Positions 28,304 to 37,834 of a stretch of DNA of 64,000 nt are shown one piece after another (within the stretch, counting starts at the first letter, position 1; every line of letters starts with the position of its first letter). Position numbers and translations under genes: made by a program. A model generated the notes under the pieces. That model did no database searches. It had not been told where the DNA came from and was given only the letters and a program-made list of their open reading frames with translations. The DNA is taken from contig CAYHDI010000002.1 of assembly GCA_964355645.1 (NCBI GenBank), positions 92,522 through 156,521 of the forward strand. The letters are read 5' to 3'. This stretch comes from an uncultured Candidatus Saccharibacteria bacterium (GTDB taxonomy: Bacteria; Patescibacteriota; Minisyncoccia; Phycocordibacterales; Zambryskibacteraceae).

Positions 28304-29233
28304 CTATATCCCCTCTTTTTTCAATTCTTCAATCAATTTCTTTGCCTCCTTGGATAATTTCTCGGGAATATTGACTGTGATGCGGACATACAAATCACCC
28401 CGTCTGTTCCCGCCTTGAGGTACACCCTTGCCTTTCACCCTAAGAATTGTTCCTGAATTTGTGCCAGCGGGAATCTTGAGTTCTATTGTCCCATCCAATA
28501 TTTGAATATTCTTTGTGGCTCCCAGAAGTGCATCCGAAAGTTTAATATTCAAATCCATGATTAAGTTGTAGCCTTCTTTTCTAATATTCGGGTGTCTTTT
28601 CACATGGACTTTGATATACAAATCTCCGGGTTGACCATTCTCAATCATTTCTCCCATTCCATCCATGCGAATCATCTGGCCACTCTCTATGCCCGCAGGA
28701 ATTGCAATGTTCACTTCTTTCTGTTTAACCAGTCGGCTGTTAATGTTGACCTTGCGTGTCACTCCGAAAACCGATTCGTAGAAAGTTATTTCTATATCCA
28801 CTTGAACATCACGGCCTCGACGCATTCTTCGCCCTCCGAACATACTGCTCAAAATATCATTCAAATCAATATTTTCGAATCCTTGAGCATTACCACTGAA
28901 TCCTGAGAAATCAAATCCTCCGAAACTCTGTCCAGCATTGAACCCGCCGAAGCCCGAGGCTCCAGCATTAAAGTTCCCGCTCCCTACGGCATCATATTGA
29001 GCGCGTTTGTTTTTGTCTCCGAGAACAGAATAAGCTTCACTGGCTTCTTTGAATCTTGCTTCATTTCCACCCTTTTTGTCCGGATGATGTTCGTGAGCCA
29101 ATTTGCGAAAAGCTTTCTTTATTTCGTCTTCTGTCGCGGTTTTAGAAACGCCGAGAATTTTATAGTAATCTTTAGACATTAGTTTCAGGAGCTGGACCCG
29201 TTCCCTCTGCTCCCTTATCTTTGAATTCAGCAT
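28304..29233 (-). CDS. dnaJ: DnaJ-class chaperone lacking the zinc finger (CbpA/type II-like). Likely start [11 protein letters not shown], near 29179
   Basis: J domain with HPD (HHPDKK), a G/F-rich region and C-terminal beta-domains. No CxxCxGxG repeats. Confidence 0.8.
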   Translation of the reverse strand: MLNSKIREQRERVQLLKLMSKDYYKILGVSKTATEDEIKKAFRKLAHEHHPDKKGGNEARFKEASEAYSVLGDKNKRAQYDAVGSGNFNAGASGFGGFNAGQSFGGFDFSGFSGNAQGFENIDLNDILSSMFGGRRMRRGRDVQVDIEITFYESVFGVTRKVNINSRLVKQKEVNIAIPAGIESGQMIRMDGMGEMIENGQPGDLYIKVHVKRHPNIRKEGYNLIMDLNIKLSDALLGATKNIQILDGTIELKIPAGTNSGTILRVKGKGVPQGGNRRGDLYVRITVNIPEKLSKEAKKLIEELKKEGI

Positions 29234-31088
29234 CCTTTACGGTTTCATCTTTAGGGGTCTCATTGCTGACTTGTTCTGAGCCTGACGAAGGATTTTTTTG
29301 CAAGTATTCACCGATTTTAGAAAGTTCAGCAGAAAGTGCTTCGGTCGCTGTCTTAATCGATTCGATTGTACCTGATTCGCGCTCTTTTTTAAGAGCGTTG
29401 ATTTTCTCATTCACTGCATTTTTAATATCATCGGGAATGTTTGCATTATCCTTCAATGATTTCTCTGCAGTATAAATCAATTGCTCAGACATATTCTTCG
29501 CATCAACCAAATCTTTTTTCTTCGCATCATCGCTGGCATTAGCCTCGGCTTCCTTCTGCATACGCGCTATTTCATCTTTCGAAAGGCCCGAAGAAGCTTC
29601 AATACGAATGGATTGTTCCTTGCCCGTGGTTTTATCCTTGGCCTTCACAGAGAGGATTCCATTCGCATCAACGTCGAATGACACCTCGACCTGAGGCATA
29701 CCACGAGAGGCTGGAGGAATTCCATCAAGAATGAATCTGCCGAGCGATTTGTTGTCTCCGGCCATAGTCCTATCACCTTGAACAATATGTATTTCAACAG
29801 AAGTTTGATTGTCAGCGGCAGTTGAAAATACTTGAGATTTAGATGAAGGAATAGTTGTATTTCTTTCGATTAATTTTGTGGCCACACCTCCCATTGTTTC
29901 AATTCCGAGAGATAGAGGGATAACATCAAGGAGCAAGATGTCTTTCACATCACCCGAAAGGATTCCTCCTTGGATAGCTGCACCGAGAGCGACCACTTCA
30001 TCAGGATTAATGGATTTGTTCGGTTCTCGGTTAAAGAATTTCTTCACTGCATCCGAGATAGCCGGCATGCGAGTTTGTCCACCAACGAGAATCACTTCGT
30101 TCAAATCAGCTATCTTGAACGGAGAAGCCTCCATAGCTCGCTTGGTAATAGTCATCGCTCGGTCAATGAATTCTGCTGTTAGTTCTTCGAGTTTGGCTCG
30201 GCTCATTTTTAATAGCAAATGCTTCGGTCCAGAGGCATCAGAAGTAATGAATGGAATATTTATTTCTGTTTCTGTGGCTGTTGAAAGTTCAATCTTGGCC
30301 TTCTCTGCGGCTTCATCCAAACGTTGAAGAGCTAGAGCATCATTACGGACATCAATACCCGATTCCTTCTTATATTCATCAGCAATCCAATTGATAACCT
30401 TTTGGTCAATATCTTTACCGCCGAGGTGTGAATCTCCGTCAGTCGATTTCACTTCGACCACATCATCACCCACTTCCAGAATGGAAATATCAAATGTTCC
30501 TCCACCAAAATCGAAAACAGCAATCTTCTCGTTTTTCTTTTTATCAAATCCGTAAGCCAAAGCAGCAGCCGTCGGTTCATTGATAATTCGCTTCACATCA
30601 AGTCCGGCAATCTGACCGGCATCCTTTGTGGCTTTGCGTTGCGCATCATTAAAATAAGCAGGGACAGTGATGACCGCTTCAGTAATTTTTTCTCCCAATT
30701 TAGTTTCTGCGTCGGCCTTCAATTTCTGAAGAATCATCGCCGAGATTTCTTCTGGTCTTTGATCCTTGTCTCCAAGATGAACGAGTACCCCGCCATCTGT
30801 TGAACTTTTCACTTCGAATGGAACGGTAGCCTTGTCTTTCTGAACAGCCGGGTCAGAGAAAATATGGCCGATAAATCGCTTGATTCCGAAAACAGTGTTC
30901 TTCGGATTGGTGACCGCCTGTCTGCGTGCGAGAAGTCCAACCATACGCTCACCGGTTTTAGAAATAGCCACAATAGAAGGAGTGGTTCGTGCTCCCTCGG
31001 AGTTTTCAATTATTTTCGGGGCACCTACCTCCATGATGGCTATCGCCGAGTTTGTTGTTCCTAAATCTATTCCAATGATTTTTGCCAT
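29172..31088 (-). CDS. dnaK: Chaperone DnaK (Hsp70)
   Basis: [18 protein letters not shown] and full-length Hsp70. Confidence 0.95.
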   Translation of the reverse strand: MAKIIGIDLGTTNSAIAIMEVGAPKIIENSEGARTTPSIVAISKTGERMVGLLARRQAVTNPKNTVFGIKRFIGHIFSDPAVQKDKATVPFEVKSSTDGGVLVHLGDKDQRPEEISAMILQKLKADAETKLGEKITEAVITVPAYFNDAQRKATKDAGQIAGLDVKRIINEPTAAALAYGFDKKKNEKIAVFDFGGGTFDISILEVGDDVVEVKSTDGDSHLGGKDIDQKVINWIADEYKKESGIDVRNDALALQRLDEAAEKAKIELSTATETEINIPFITSDASGPKHLLLKMSRAKLEELTAEFIDRAMTITKRAMEASPFKIADLNEVILVGGQTRMPAISDAVKKFFNREPNKSINPDEVVALGAAIQGGILSGDVKDILLLDVIPLSLGIETMGGVATKLIERNTTIPSSKSQVFSTAADNQTSVEIHIVQGDRTMAGDNKSLGRFILDGIPPASRGMPQVEVSFDVDANGILSVKAKDKTTGKEQSIRIEASSGLSKDEIARMQKEAEANASDDAKKKDLVDAKNMSEQLIYTAEKSLKDNANIPDDIKNAVNEKINALKKERESGTIESIKTATEALSAELSKIGEYLQKNPSSGSEQVSNETPKDETVKDAEFKDKGAEGTGPAPETNV

Positions 31089-31156
31089 ATTTTTTGTGTT
31101 AGTTCGTTAATAATAGCACGATTTTACAAAATGTATTATTTCTTTGTCAAATTTAT

Positions 31157-31693
31157 TTATTCTTCAACAAATTCGCCTATTTTGACCTTTGCTGGTCTCA
31201 AAACACGACCATTTAGAATATAGCCTTCTTGTAGAACCTCAAGGATTTTGTGATCATCGTCTTTTGCTTCGGTTTTAATTGTCCCTACTGCTTCATGAAA
31301 GTTCGGATCAAACTTTTCTCCCATTGGATTTATTTCCTCAAGGCCATAATTTTTAAGAGTCTTAAGTAACATTGAATGTATTTGCTCGACGCCTTTATCC
31401 CCATGGGCCACGGCCAACGATAACCCATCGAGAACTGGTAGTAGTTCATTTATTAATCCTGCATTCGCAAATTTCAAAAATTCCACCTTGGCTTCCTCAT
31501 CTCTTTTTCTCAAGTTCACAAAATCAGCTTGAGCTCTCTGCCAACCATCCATATTTTCCTTGACCTTCGCCTCGGCTTCTTTCAGCTTCTCTTTGAGTTT
31601 TTTAATGGTGTCACCTTGATGTTCGTCAGTTAAGACTGAATCATCAATCCCCGTCTCGTTATCGAGCGTTATGTCGTCATCTTTGTCTGTCAT
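31157..31693 (-). CDS. grpE: Nucleotide exchange factor GrpE
   Basis: C-terminal GrpE beta-domain ...GYILNGRVLRPAKVKI. Confidence 0.85.
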   Translation of the reverse strand: MTDKDDDITLDNETGIDDSVLTDEHQGDTIKKLKEKLKEAEAKVKENMDGWQRAQADFVNLRKRDEEAKVEFLKFANAGLINELLPVLDGLSLAVAHGDKGVEQIHSMLLKTLKNYGLEEINPMGEKFDPNFHEAVGTIKTEAKDDDHKILEVLQEGYILNGRVLRPAKVKIGEFVEE

Positions 31694-31731
31694 AGACTAG
31701 TAGAATAATGAATTTCGTACCCAAAAGCAAG

Positions 31732-31904
31732 GATTATTTAATGAATTTGAAGGTTGAAATAATGCTGGCTGTGTTTTCAGAAACATTCTGAACAACCTCA
31801 AGTACATCAGTAACTTCAGTTCGGACGGATTTAAATTGCTCGTTAAATTGGTCGGTAATACGACCTTCCATCCCTTCTAGATATGTTTTAAGTTCTGATT
31901 CCAT
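31732..31904 (-). CDS. Candidate 56-aa small protein upstream of grpE, not in ORF track
   Basis: Product MESELKTYLEGMEGRITDQFNEQFKSVRTEVTDVLEVVQNVSENTASIISTFKFIK. Uninterrupted frame between rpsI and grpE. Confidence 0.2.
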
Positions 31905-31979
31905 AAATACATTATAACAAAAACCACTCCAGAAAGTATGGGTAGATAATGATTAAGGTTAAACCTTGCTCAATATTGG

Positions 31980-32387
31980 TTAACGTTTAGACCACTGTGG
32001 TGCCTTTCTTGCCTTTTTGAGGCCGAACTTGCGACGTTCCTTGGCTCGAGGGTCTCTCTTGAGCATGCCTTTAACCTTAAGTTTGGTTCGTAGATTAATA
32101 TCATAGCCAAGCAGTGCTCTCGCAATGCCATGTCTTACCGCATCAGCCTGAGACGAAACTCCACCACCATTCACATGTACTGTTACAGCAAATTTTTGCT
32201 CTAATCCCGAGGCATCGAAAGCTGACTTCACCGTATTTCTTAATTCTGCTGTAGGAAAATAGCTCTCAAGCTCACGATTGTTGATAGTAATACTAAATTT
32301 GGCTGATGGGGTAATACGAACACGCGCAGTCGAGGTTTTTCTTCGACCTACCGCTCCGATGTATTTGGTTGTGGATTTTTCAGCCAT
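31980..32387 (-). CDS. rpsI: 30S ribosomal protein S9
   Basis: C-terminus ...KKARKAPQWSKR. Confidence 0.9.
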   Translation of the reverse strand: MAEKSTTKYIGAVGRRKTSTARVRITPSAKFSITINNRELESYFPTAELRNTVKSAFDASGLEQKFAVTVHVNGGGVSSQADAVRHGIARALLGYDINLRTKLKVKGMLKRDPRAKERRKFGLKKARKAPQWSKR

Positions 32388-32411
32388 ATTATTTATAGTG
32401 AGTTTATCGAA

Positions 32412-32756
32412 CTAATCTTTAATAATTAAATTTTTTATCATCTGGGGTCGAAGTTTATTCTTCGGGAGCATTCCGAGGACAGCCCGACGAAGCACATCCT
32501 TCTCACCCTTGGCATTAATCACCTGTTGCATAGAAACAGTTTTTAAACTTCCTGGATAACCAGAGTGACTAACATATGTTTTGTCCTTTTTCTTTTTTGG
32601 ATCAATCCAAAGTTTAGAGGCATTCTGCACTTCAACTTTGATATCTGGAATTCTGTTCTTGGCAAAATCAGTACGATTCTTACCCATGAGTAATACGGCA
32701 ATTTCTGTAGCTAATCTTCCTATTCTCTTCCCCGTGGCATCTAGTGTGTGTTTCAT
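32412..32756 (-). CDS. rplM: 50S ribosomal protein L13
   Basis: DATGKRIGRLATEIAVLLMGK. Confidence 0.85.
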   Translation of the reverse strand: MKHTLDATGKRIGRLATEIAVLLMGKNRTDFAKNRIPDIKVEVQNASKLWIDPKKKKDKTYVSHSGYPGSLKTVSMQQVINAKGEKDVLRRAVLGMLPKNKLRPQMIKNLIIKD

Positions 32757-32761
32757 TTTGG

Positions 32762-33109
32762 TTAGACAAATTCAATTATGGCCATAGGTGCGCCATCTGA
32801 AGAACGACGAATGAGTTTGGTTATTCGAGTATAGCCTCCCTTCGTTTCTTTATATTTGGGTGAAAGTGTCAGAGCAATTTTCTTCCCGGCAATTCTCCCA
32901 ACTCGTGTATCAAGCAATCGACGACTGGCCAGCGTACCTTTCTTGCCGAAAGTAATGAGCTTCTCAACAAAAGGCCGAAGCTCTTTGGCTTTCGGTTCAG
33001 TAGTTTTTATTTTTTCTTTCACCACCAACGAATAGGCCAAGGAACGCAAAAGGGCTTTGCGCTGATTTGCTACTCGTCCAAACTTTCTGTTGGCGTTGTG
33101 GTGTCTCAT
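32762..33109 (-). CDS. rplQ: 50S ribosomal protein L17
   Basis: MRHHNANRKFGRVANQRKALLRSLA. Confidence 0.85.
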   Translation of the reverse strand: MRHHNANRKFGRVANQRKALLRSLAYSLVVKEKIKTTEPKAKELRPFVEKLITFGKKGTLASRRLLDTRVGRIAGKKIALTLSPKYKETKGGYTRITKLIRRSSDGAPMAIIEFV

Positions 33110-34116
33110 TATTTAAGTGTTATCCCGAATTCACCCAAAGCCTTTCTGATTTCCTGAATACCCTTTGAGCCGAGACCTTCAATTTCTAGGAGATCTTTTT
33201 CTTTCTTTCGAGCAAGTCCTCCGACTGTTCTAATGTTGGCATTCGAGAGAGCATTTTGAGTCCTGGCTGAAACATCCAGAGATTCAATTCTAGTTTTAAG
33301 GACTTCTGGATCAATTTCTCCTCGGGAAGAAATTTCCTGACCCAAATTTTTAGGAGAAATAATTTCTTCCGGTTCATCTTCTTTGAAACCTACAATCGCT
33401 TTGAGTTGATTAATCATTATTTCAATCGATTTGGTCAAAGCATCTTTGGGCGAAATTGTGCCGTCAGTCTCGATGAAAACCTTGAGTTTGTTAAAATCTG
33501 TTCGATCACCGATACGCATGTTTTCCACTTCATAACTCGCTCGACGAATCGGAGTGAAGATTCCATCCAGGGCGATGGTCCCTATATCTACGCGATTTTT
33601 CTCAAGCATTTCTTTGGGCACGAAGCCCATTCCCTTCTCGGCAATGATTTCCATTTCAAGTTCAGCAGATTTGCTTGTGATAGTCGCGATGTTTTGCTCT
33701 GGATTAAGAATTTCCACTTGTCCTGGGAGATCAAGATCAGCTGCCGTTATTATCTTTTCACCTTTGACCTTAAGATTGATTGTTTGAGGCTCATCCGTTG
33801 CAAATCGCATTCTAATTTTCTTCAAATTCAAAAGAATAGTGATGACATCTTCTTTGATGCCTTCTATAGTCGAGAATTCATGGGGTACACCAGTGATTTT
33901 CACTGAAGTAATGGCTATACCCGGAAGTGAAGACAGAATAATACGTCTTAGGCTATTTCCAAGAGTGTGTCCGTATCCCGGATAAAGGCCTTCGATTTCG
34001 AAAACACCACTCGTCTCTTTCTCAGAGATAATCTTTGGTTTAGATGGAAGTACAATTGTATAATCTGACATAAAAATATTTATAAAAATTAAATTAAGAT
34101 CTACTATAGAACTCAA
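33109..34116 (-). CDS. rpoA: DNA-directed RNA polymerase alpha subunit. Likely start MSDYTIV, near 34071
   Basis: GYGHTLGNSLRRIILSSLPG, NTD and CTD. Confidence 0.9.
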   Translation of the reverse strand: MSSIVDLNLIFINIFMSDYTIVLPSKPKIISEKETSGVFEIEGLYPGYGHTLGNSLRRIILSSLPGIAITSVKITGVPHEFSTIEGIKEDVITILLNLKKIRMRFATDEPQTINLKVKGEKIITAADLDLPGQVEILNPEQNIATITSKSAELEMEIIAEKGMGFVPKEMLEKNRVDIGTIALDGIFTPIRRASYEVENMRIGDRTDFNKLKVFIETDGTISPKDALTKSIEIMINQLKAIVGFKEDEPEEIISPKNLGQEISSRGEIDPEVLKTRIESLDVSARTQNALSNANIRTVGGLARKKEKDLLEIEGLGSKGIQEIRKALGEFGITLK

Positions 34117-34702
34117 GAACCATATTCAGGTCGAAAATATTTTCTCCTGGTGTATAAACCGGAAGCCCAATCACCTTGGCTTCTTTTTTCTCACCATTGA
34201 CCGCAATCCAGACCGGTACGGTAATCGTTTTCATCCTTTCTTCAACTCCTCCGAAAAGAGGACTCGAAGCGCTTCCTTCCCTTACGGTGACAATCGAATC
34301 TAATGCTAGCTTCATAGAAGGGATAGTCACTCGCTTACCCCGAACGACTGCATGCCCATGAGCAGCGATTTGCCGACCCTGAGCACGAGTCTGAGCAAAT
34401 CCAGAACGATAGAGAATATTATCCAATCGAAGTTCAAGAGATTGAAAAAGTTTTTGAAGTGGCTCACTTGAATGAATAGCTTCTTTCACATACTTGGCAA
34501 ATTGTTTTTCAGAAATACCATAAGAGAATCGAGCTTTCTGCTTTTCAACCAATTGTCGCCCGAATTCTGATTTTGGTCTTTGAGGAACTTTGCCGTTCTT
34601 TTCTTTTCTTGAAAGAGAAAGGGCATACTTCTGGCTTTGGGTTTTTTCAAATATTGGGGCTCCTAGTCTGCGAGCAATTTTGTATTTTGGTCCGATTTTC
34701 AT
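34094..34702 (-). CDS. rpsD: 30S ribosomal protein S4
   Basis: MKIGPKYKIARRLG... with an S4 domain. Confidence 0.9.
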   Translation of the reverse strand: MKIGPKYKIARRLGAPIFEKTQSQKYALSLSRKEKNGKVPQRPKSEFGRQLVEKQKARFSYGISEKQFAKYVKEAIHSSEPLQKLFQSLELRLDNILYRSGFAQTRAQGRQIAAHGHAVVRGKRVTIPSMKLALDSIVTVREGSASSPLFGGVEERMKTITVPVWIAVNGEKKEAKVIGLPVYTPGENIFDLNMVLEFYSRS

Positions 34703-34731
34703 AAAATTTTATTTATAGTGAGTTTATCGAA

Positions 34732-35187
34732 CTAGGCTCTTCGTGGTTTAGGGGGCTTAGGGCCATTGTGCGGAACCGGGGTCATATCCGAAATAGTGGT
34801 CAGGTTAATTCCTTTTGAAATAAAACCGCGAATCGCAGATTCACGGCCTGAGCCCACTCCCCTTACAATCACTTTGACTTCCTTAATTCCAAACGCGGTG
34901 GCATTTTCGGCAATTTTTTCTCCAATCTTGGCTGCAGCGAACGGTGTTCCCTTCTTGGCCCCTTTGAATCCAAGTGCCCCCGAAGTTGACCAAGCGAGAG
35001 TATTTCCTTTCGGATCAGTCAAAACAAGTTTGGTATTGTTGTAAGTGGATTCAACATACAAAATACCAGACTCAAAACGTTTCTTTGAGCCTGAAGTTTT
35101 TTTCGGTGTAGCACTTTCCACCGCCACCTCCTTCGATTCGACGATTTGTTCTACTTCTTCAGCTTTGATAATTTTTTTCTTTCCCAT
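34732..35187 (-). CDS. rpsK: 30S ribosomal protein S11
   Basis: GFKGAKKGTPFAAA...VRGVGSGRESAIRG. Confidence 0.9.
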   Translation of the reverse strand: MGKKKIIKAEEVEQIVESKEVAVESATPKKTSGSKKRFESGILYVESTYNNTKLVLTDPKGNTLAWSTSGALGFKGAKKGTPFAAAKIGEKIAENATAFGIKEVKVIVRGVGSGRESAIRGFISKGINLTTISDMTPVPHNGPKPPKPRRA

Positions 35188-35197
35188 TTATTTAAAA

Positions 35198-35578
35198 TTA
35201 TTTCTTATCTGCAATTTTGCGACCTGTGCCCATGGTTTTTCTGACATTTCCTCTTCGAGTACGAGAATTGGTTTTGGTTCTCTGGCCTCGAGACGGTAAA
35301 CCACGAGTATGTCTAACCCCTCTATAAGCCTTGATATCTTTCAAACGCTTAATATTCCCAGCAATTTTGCGCTTGAGATCTCCCTCTAAGGTTTTTGATT
35401 CAAGCAGGGTTCGGATTTTGTTTTCATCCGTTGTACTAATGTCCTTTGGCTTTTTGTCTCTTGATATTCCTGCTTCTTTCAAGATCTCAATCGCCCTTGA
35501 ACGTCCTACACCAAAAAGCACAGTCAGTCCAATGTCAATACGTTTATCTTCTGGGATGGTGATTCCTAGGATTCTCAT
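35198..35578 (-). CDS. rpsM: 30S ribosomal protein S13
   Basis: MRILGITIPEDKRIDIGLTVLFGVG. Confidence 0.9.
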   Translation of the reverse strand: MRILGITIPEDKRIDIGLTVLFGVGRSRAIEILKEAGISRDKKPKDISTTDENKIRTLLESKTLEGDLKRKIAGNIKRLKDIKAYRGVRHTRGLPSRGQRTKTNSRTRRGNVRKTMGTGRKIADKK

Positions 35579-35580
35579 TT

Positions 35581-35697
35581 TTAACCTTGTCTTTGTTTAT
35601 GTCGGGCGTTAGCTTTGCAAATCACGTATACATAGCCTTTTCTACGGACAATTTGGCATTTTGAGCACATTTTTTTGACCGAAGCCTTGACTTTCAT
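35581..35697 (-). CDS. rpmJ: 50S ribosomal protein L36 (38 aa), not in ORF track
   Basis: Reverse-strand translation is [38 protein letters not shown], which contains the Cys/His zinc ribbon of L36. Confidence 0.8.
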   Translation of the reverse strand: MKVKASVKKMCSKCQIVRRKGYVYVICKANARHKQRQG

Positions 35698-35762
35698 AGT
35701 GAATAGGTATTCTAGCTTATCTTGGTTTTAGTGTCAATAAAGATTGTGAATAAGAGCTAGAT

Positions 35763-35978
35763 TTAGAGCCTTTTTATGATTCTGGCTTTTCCACCATAAG
35801 GTTCGAGCTCAAGAATGACCCTATCTCCAACAAGTACACGAATCCTATGCAAACGCATTTTCCCAGAGAGATAAGATAGGGTTTCTACTTCATCACCATC
35901 GATTTTCACCTTAAACATTATGTTTGGTAAAGCTTCCGTGACCGTTCCCATTCTTTCTAAATCTTTGTTATCAGACAT
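35763..35978 (-). CDS. infA: Translation initiation factor IF-1
   Basis: S1-like fold ...GKMRLHRIRVLVGDRV. Confidence 0.9.
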   Translation of the reverse strand: MSDNKDLERMGTVTEALPNIMFKVKIDGDEVETLSYLSGKMRLHRIRVLVGDRVILELEPYGGKARIIKRL

Positions 35979-36000
35979 TATATATGATTAAGAATCAAAT

Positions 36001-37281
36001 TTAATTAATAGAATTTTTAATTATTTTAATTTTTGTTGAATCTGAAGGGAATGAACTTTTCCAGAATGGTCTGACAACAGCATTCGCATTAAGAATACTC
36101 GGATAACTTTTCTTCAGAATGGGGTCCAAATCACTTTTGTTCTTGTCAGTTAAATCATTTCTTAGAGAGCTTTCATCTGTTAGATAAACAGCCGTTGCTC
36201 CTCCGTTTACTTGGAAATTCAACTGATCAGCTTTCAGAAGATCCTTGGCCGTCTGTCCAACAAAAGTCAAATCAAGATTTTCAAGATCCGGAATATTTAC
36301 TGGGTTTTGTTCGGTGTCAGTTAATTTTTTGGAGGCCAAGAAACTGATGAGATCGACTTTTTTGAACATTACGCCATACAAATCCGCGTGCAGATTAACC
36401 GTCACTCCGTTGTCAGTCGGATTGGTTTGAGGAAGATTGCTATAAGAAATATAAACAAGATTCGGATAAATAATAAAGTCAGGAGGAACCTGAGCCTTGG
36501 CTTGATTCATAAGTTCTCCTTTGAGAGTTTCACCGAGGGTGGTGTTCGCCGCTTTAAGGTCTGCTTCACTTACTTTTTTCATGGCTCCGACAAAACCACC
36601 CGTCATCTGGGTTTTAGATCTCGCATAAATAGTAGTGAATTGAGGTGTTCCTTTGAATCCCGGAATGGTGAAGTCAGTTAAATCAATGTTGTAATCCACC
36701 CCGGGTTGATCAGCCACTACTGTAGTTTCTATAGAACCTGGGACAGTAGTTCCATTTTGAGTTTTTTGTCCAGGAACAATAATTTCATTTGGGATTCTGA
36801 AAATCTTTCCGTCTGGTGATTGAAAACGAGTATTCTTTATAAGTTTTTGATTGTTCTTGCCTGAATTGTTGTAAACCACTATTGTTCCACTCGCCTTCAG
36901 AGAAACGTTCTCTTCACCCGAAGCTGGAGTTTTCACTCCCTTATCTTCTGAGAGTTTAATGACACTGAAGAGCAAAACCTTATCCCCGCTTTTGTATGCA
37001 GTGTAAGTGTCCTTGCTGAATGCAAGCGAGGAAGATTTTGGAGTATAACTGACCGTCGCACCAGCGAAAAGAGAAAACGCAGCAAACGCCAATACTAGTA
37101 AGGCAATCACCGCCCCTATCCACAAAAATTTCTTTGAATATTTTGATGAATAGGAAGGTGGTAATGACCTGGGCCTCATAATTAAAGGTTCGGAGTTTGA
37201 TTTGCGATTTTCAGGAATAGGAATGCTCCTGATTGATTTTCTATTAATCGGAACCACTATATCATCTATATTCTTGGGCAT
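36001..37281 (-). CDS. Hypothetical membrane-anchored protein (cytoplasmic N-terminus, one TM, large extracytoplasmic domain)
   Basis: TM helix FLWIGAVIALLVLAFAAFSLF. No recognisable domains. Confidence 0.4.
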   Translation of the reverse strand: MPKNIDDIVVPINRKSIRSIPIPENRKSNSEPLIMRPRSLPPSYSSKYSKKFLWIGAVIALLVLAFAAFSLFAGATVSYTPKSSSLAFSKDTYTAYKSGDKVLLFSVIKLSEDKGVKTPASGEENVSLKASGTIVVYNNSGKNNQKLIKNTRFQSPDGKIFRIPNEIIVPGQKTQNGTTVPGSIETTVVADQPGVDYNIDLTDFTIPGFKGTPQFTTIYARSKTQMTGGFVGAMKKVSEADLKAANTTLGETLKGELMNQAKAQVPPDFIIYPNLVYISYSNLPQTNPTDNGVTVNLHADLYGVMFKKVDLISFLASKKLTDTEQNPVNIPDLENLDLTFVGQTAKDLLKADQLNFQVNGGATAVYLTDESSLRNDLTDKNKSDLDPILKKSYPSILNANAVVRPFWKSSFPSDSTKIKIIKNSIN

Positions 37282-37308
37282 AGTTTTATGGGTTTATTGT
37301 ATATCAGA

Positions 37309-37809
37309 TTAAAGGATTTGGAAATACTCCGTGTGCAGAAGCTTGGTGAGCTCATTCTTTGGTCCGAGAACGGAAATTTTGTTGTGAGAACTGATTTTTT
37401 CTAGAACCGATTGAAAGAATCCCTCGAACGGAGACCTGACATGCACAAATACAGCATAGGGTGAATCGACTTTGAAATATTCAGTTTGGCTCCATAAATT
37501 CATAAAGTAGGCTTCGCCTGAAGTCAAAACCTCCTCGAGTTTTCGTTTGGTTTTGAAATCCAGAGAATCTGTTTGCCAGAGAACCAGATAGCTCGAAGCC
37601 AACTTCGGTGAAATATTGAATCGTTCTGCAATTCTATTAAGAATATTGGTTGTGCCAAAGGGAATTTCGAGTATTCGACCACGCTTACCAAGATGATAGA
37701 AATCAAGTCTGGTATATTCATCACCCACAAAGACTATAAGAGCCGAAACTGTATGCGGGAAGGCTCGATGAATAATTTTTGAGAAAGTGTTTATCTCCTT
37801 GACTATCAT
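37309..37809 (-). CDS. Hypothetical protein (166 aa)
   Basis: ORF only. Confidence 0.35.
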   Translation of the reverse strand: MIVKEINTFSKIIHRAFPHTVSALIVFVGDEYTRLDFYHLGKRGRILEIPFGTTNILNRIAERFNISPKLASSYLVLWQTDSLDFKTKRKLEEVLTSGEAYFMNLWSQTEYFKVDSPYAVFVHVRSPFEGFFQSVLEKISSHNKISVLGPKNELTKLLHTEYFQIL

Positions 37810-37834
37810 GATTATATTGTACCTCGAAAAACTA

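Noticed and set aside
31089-31980. Searched the dnaK/grpE upstream regions for a CIRCE (TTAGCACTC-N9-GAGTGCTAA) heat-shock operator and an hrcA gene.
   Set aside because: No CIRCE-like inverted repeat and no hrcA are present in the window.
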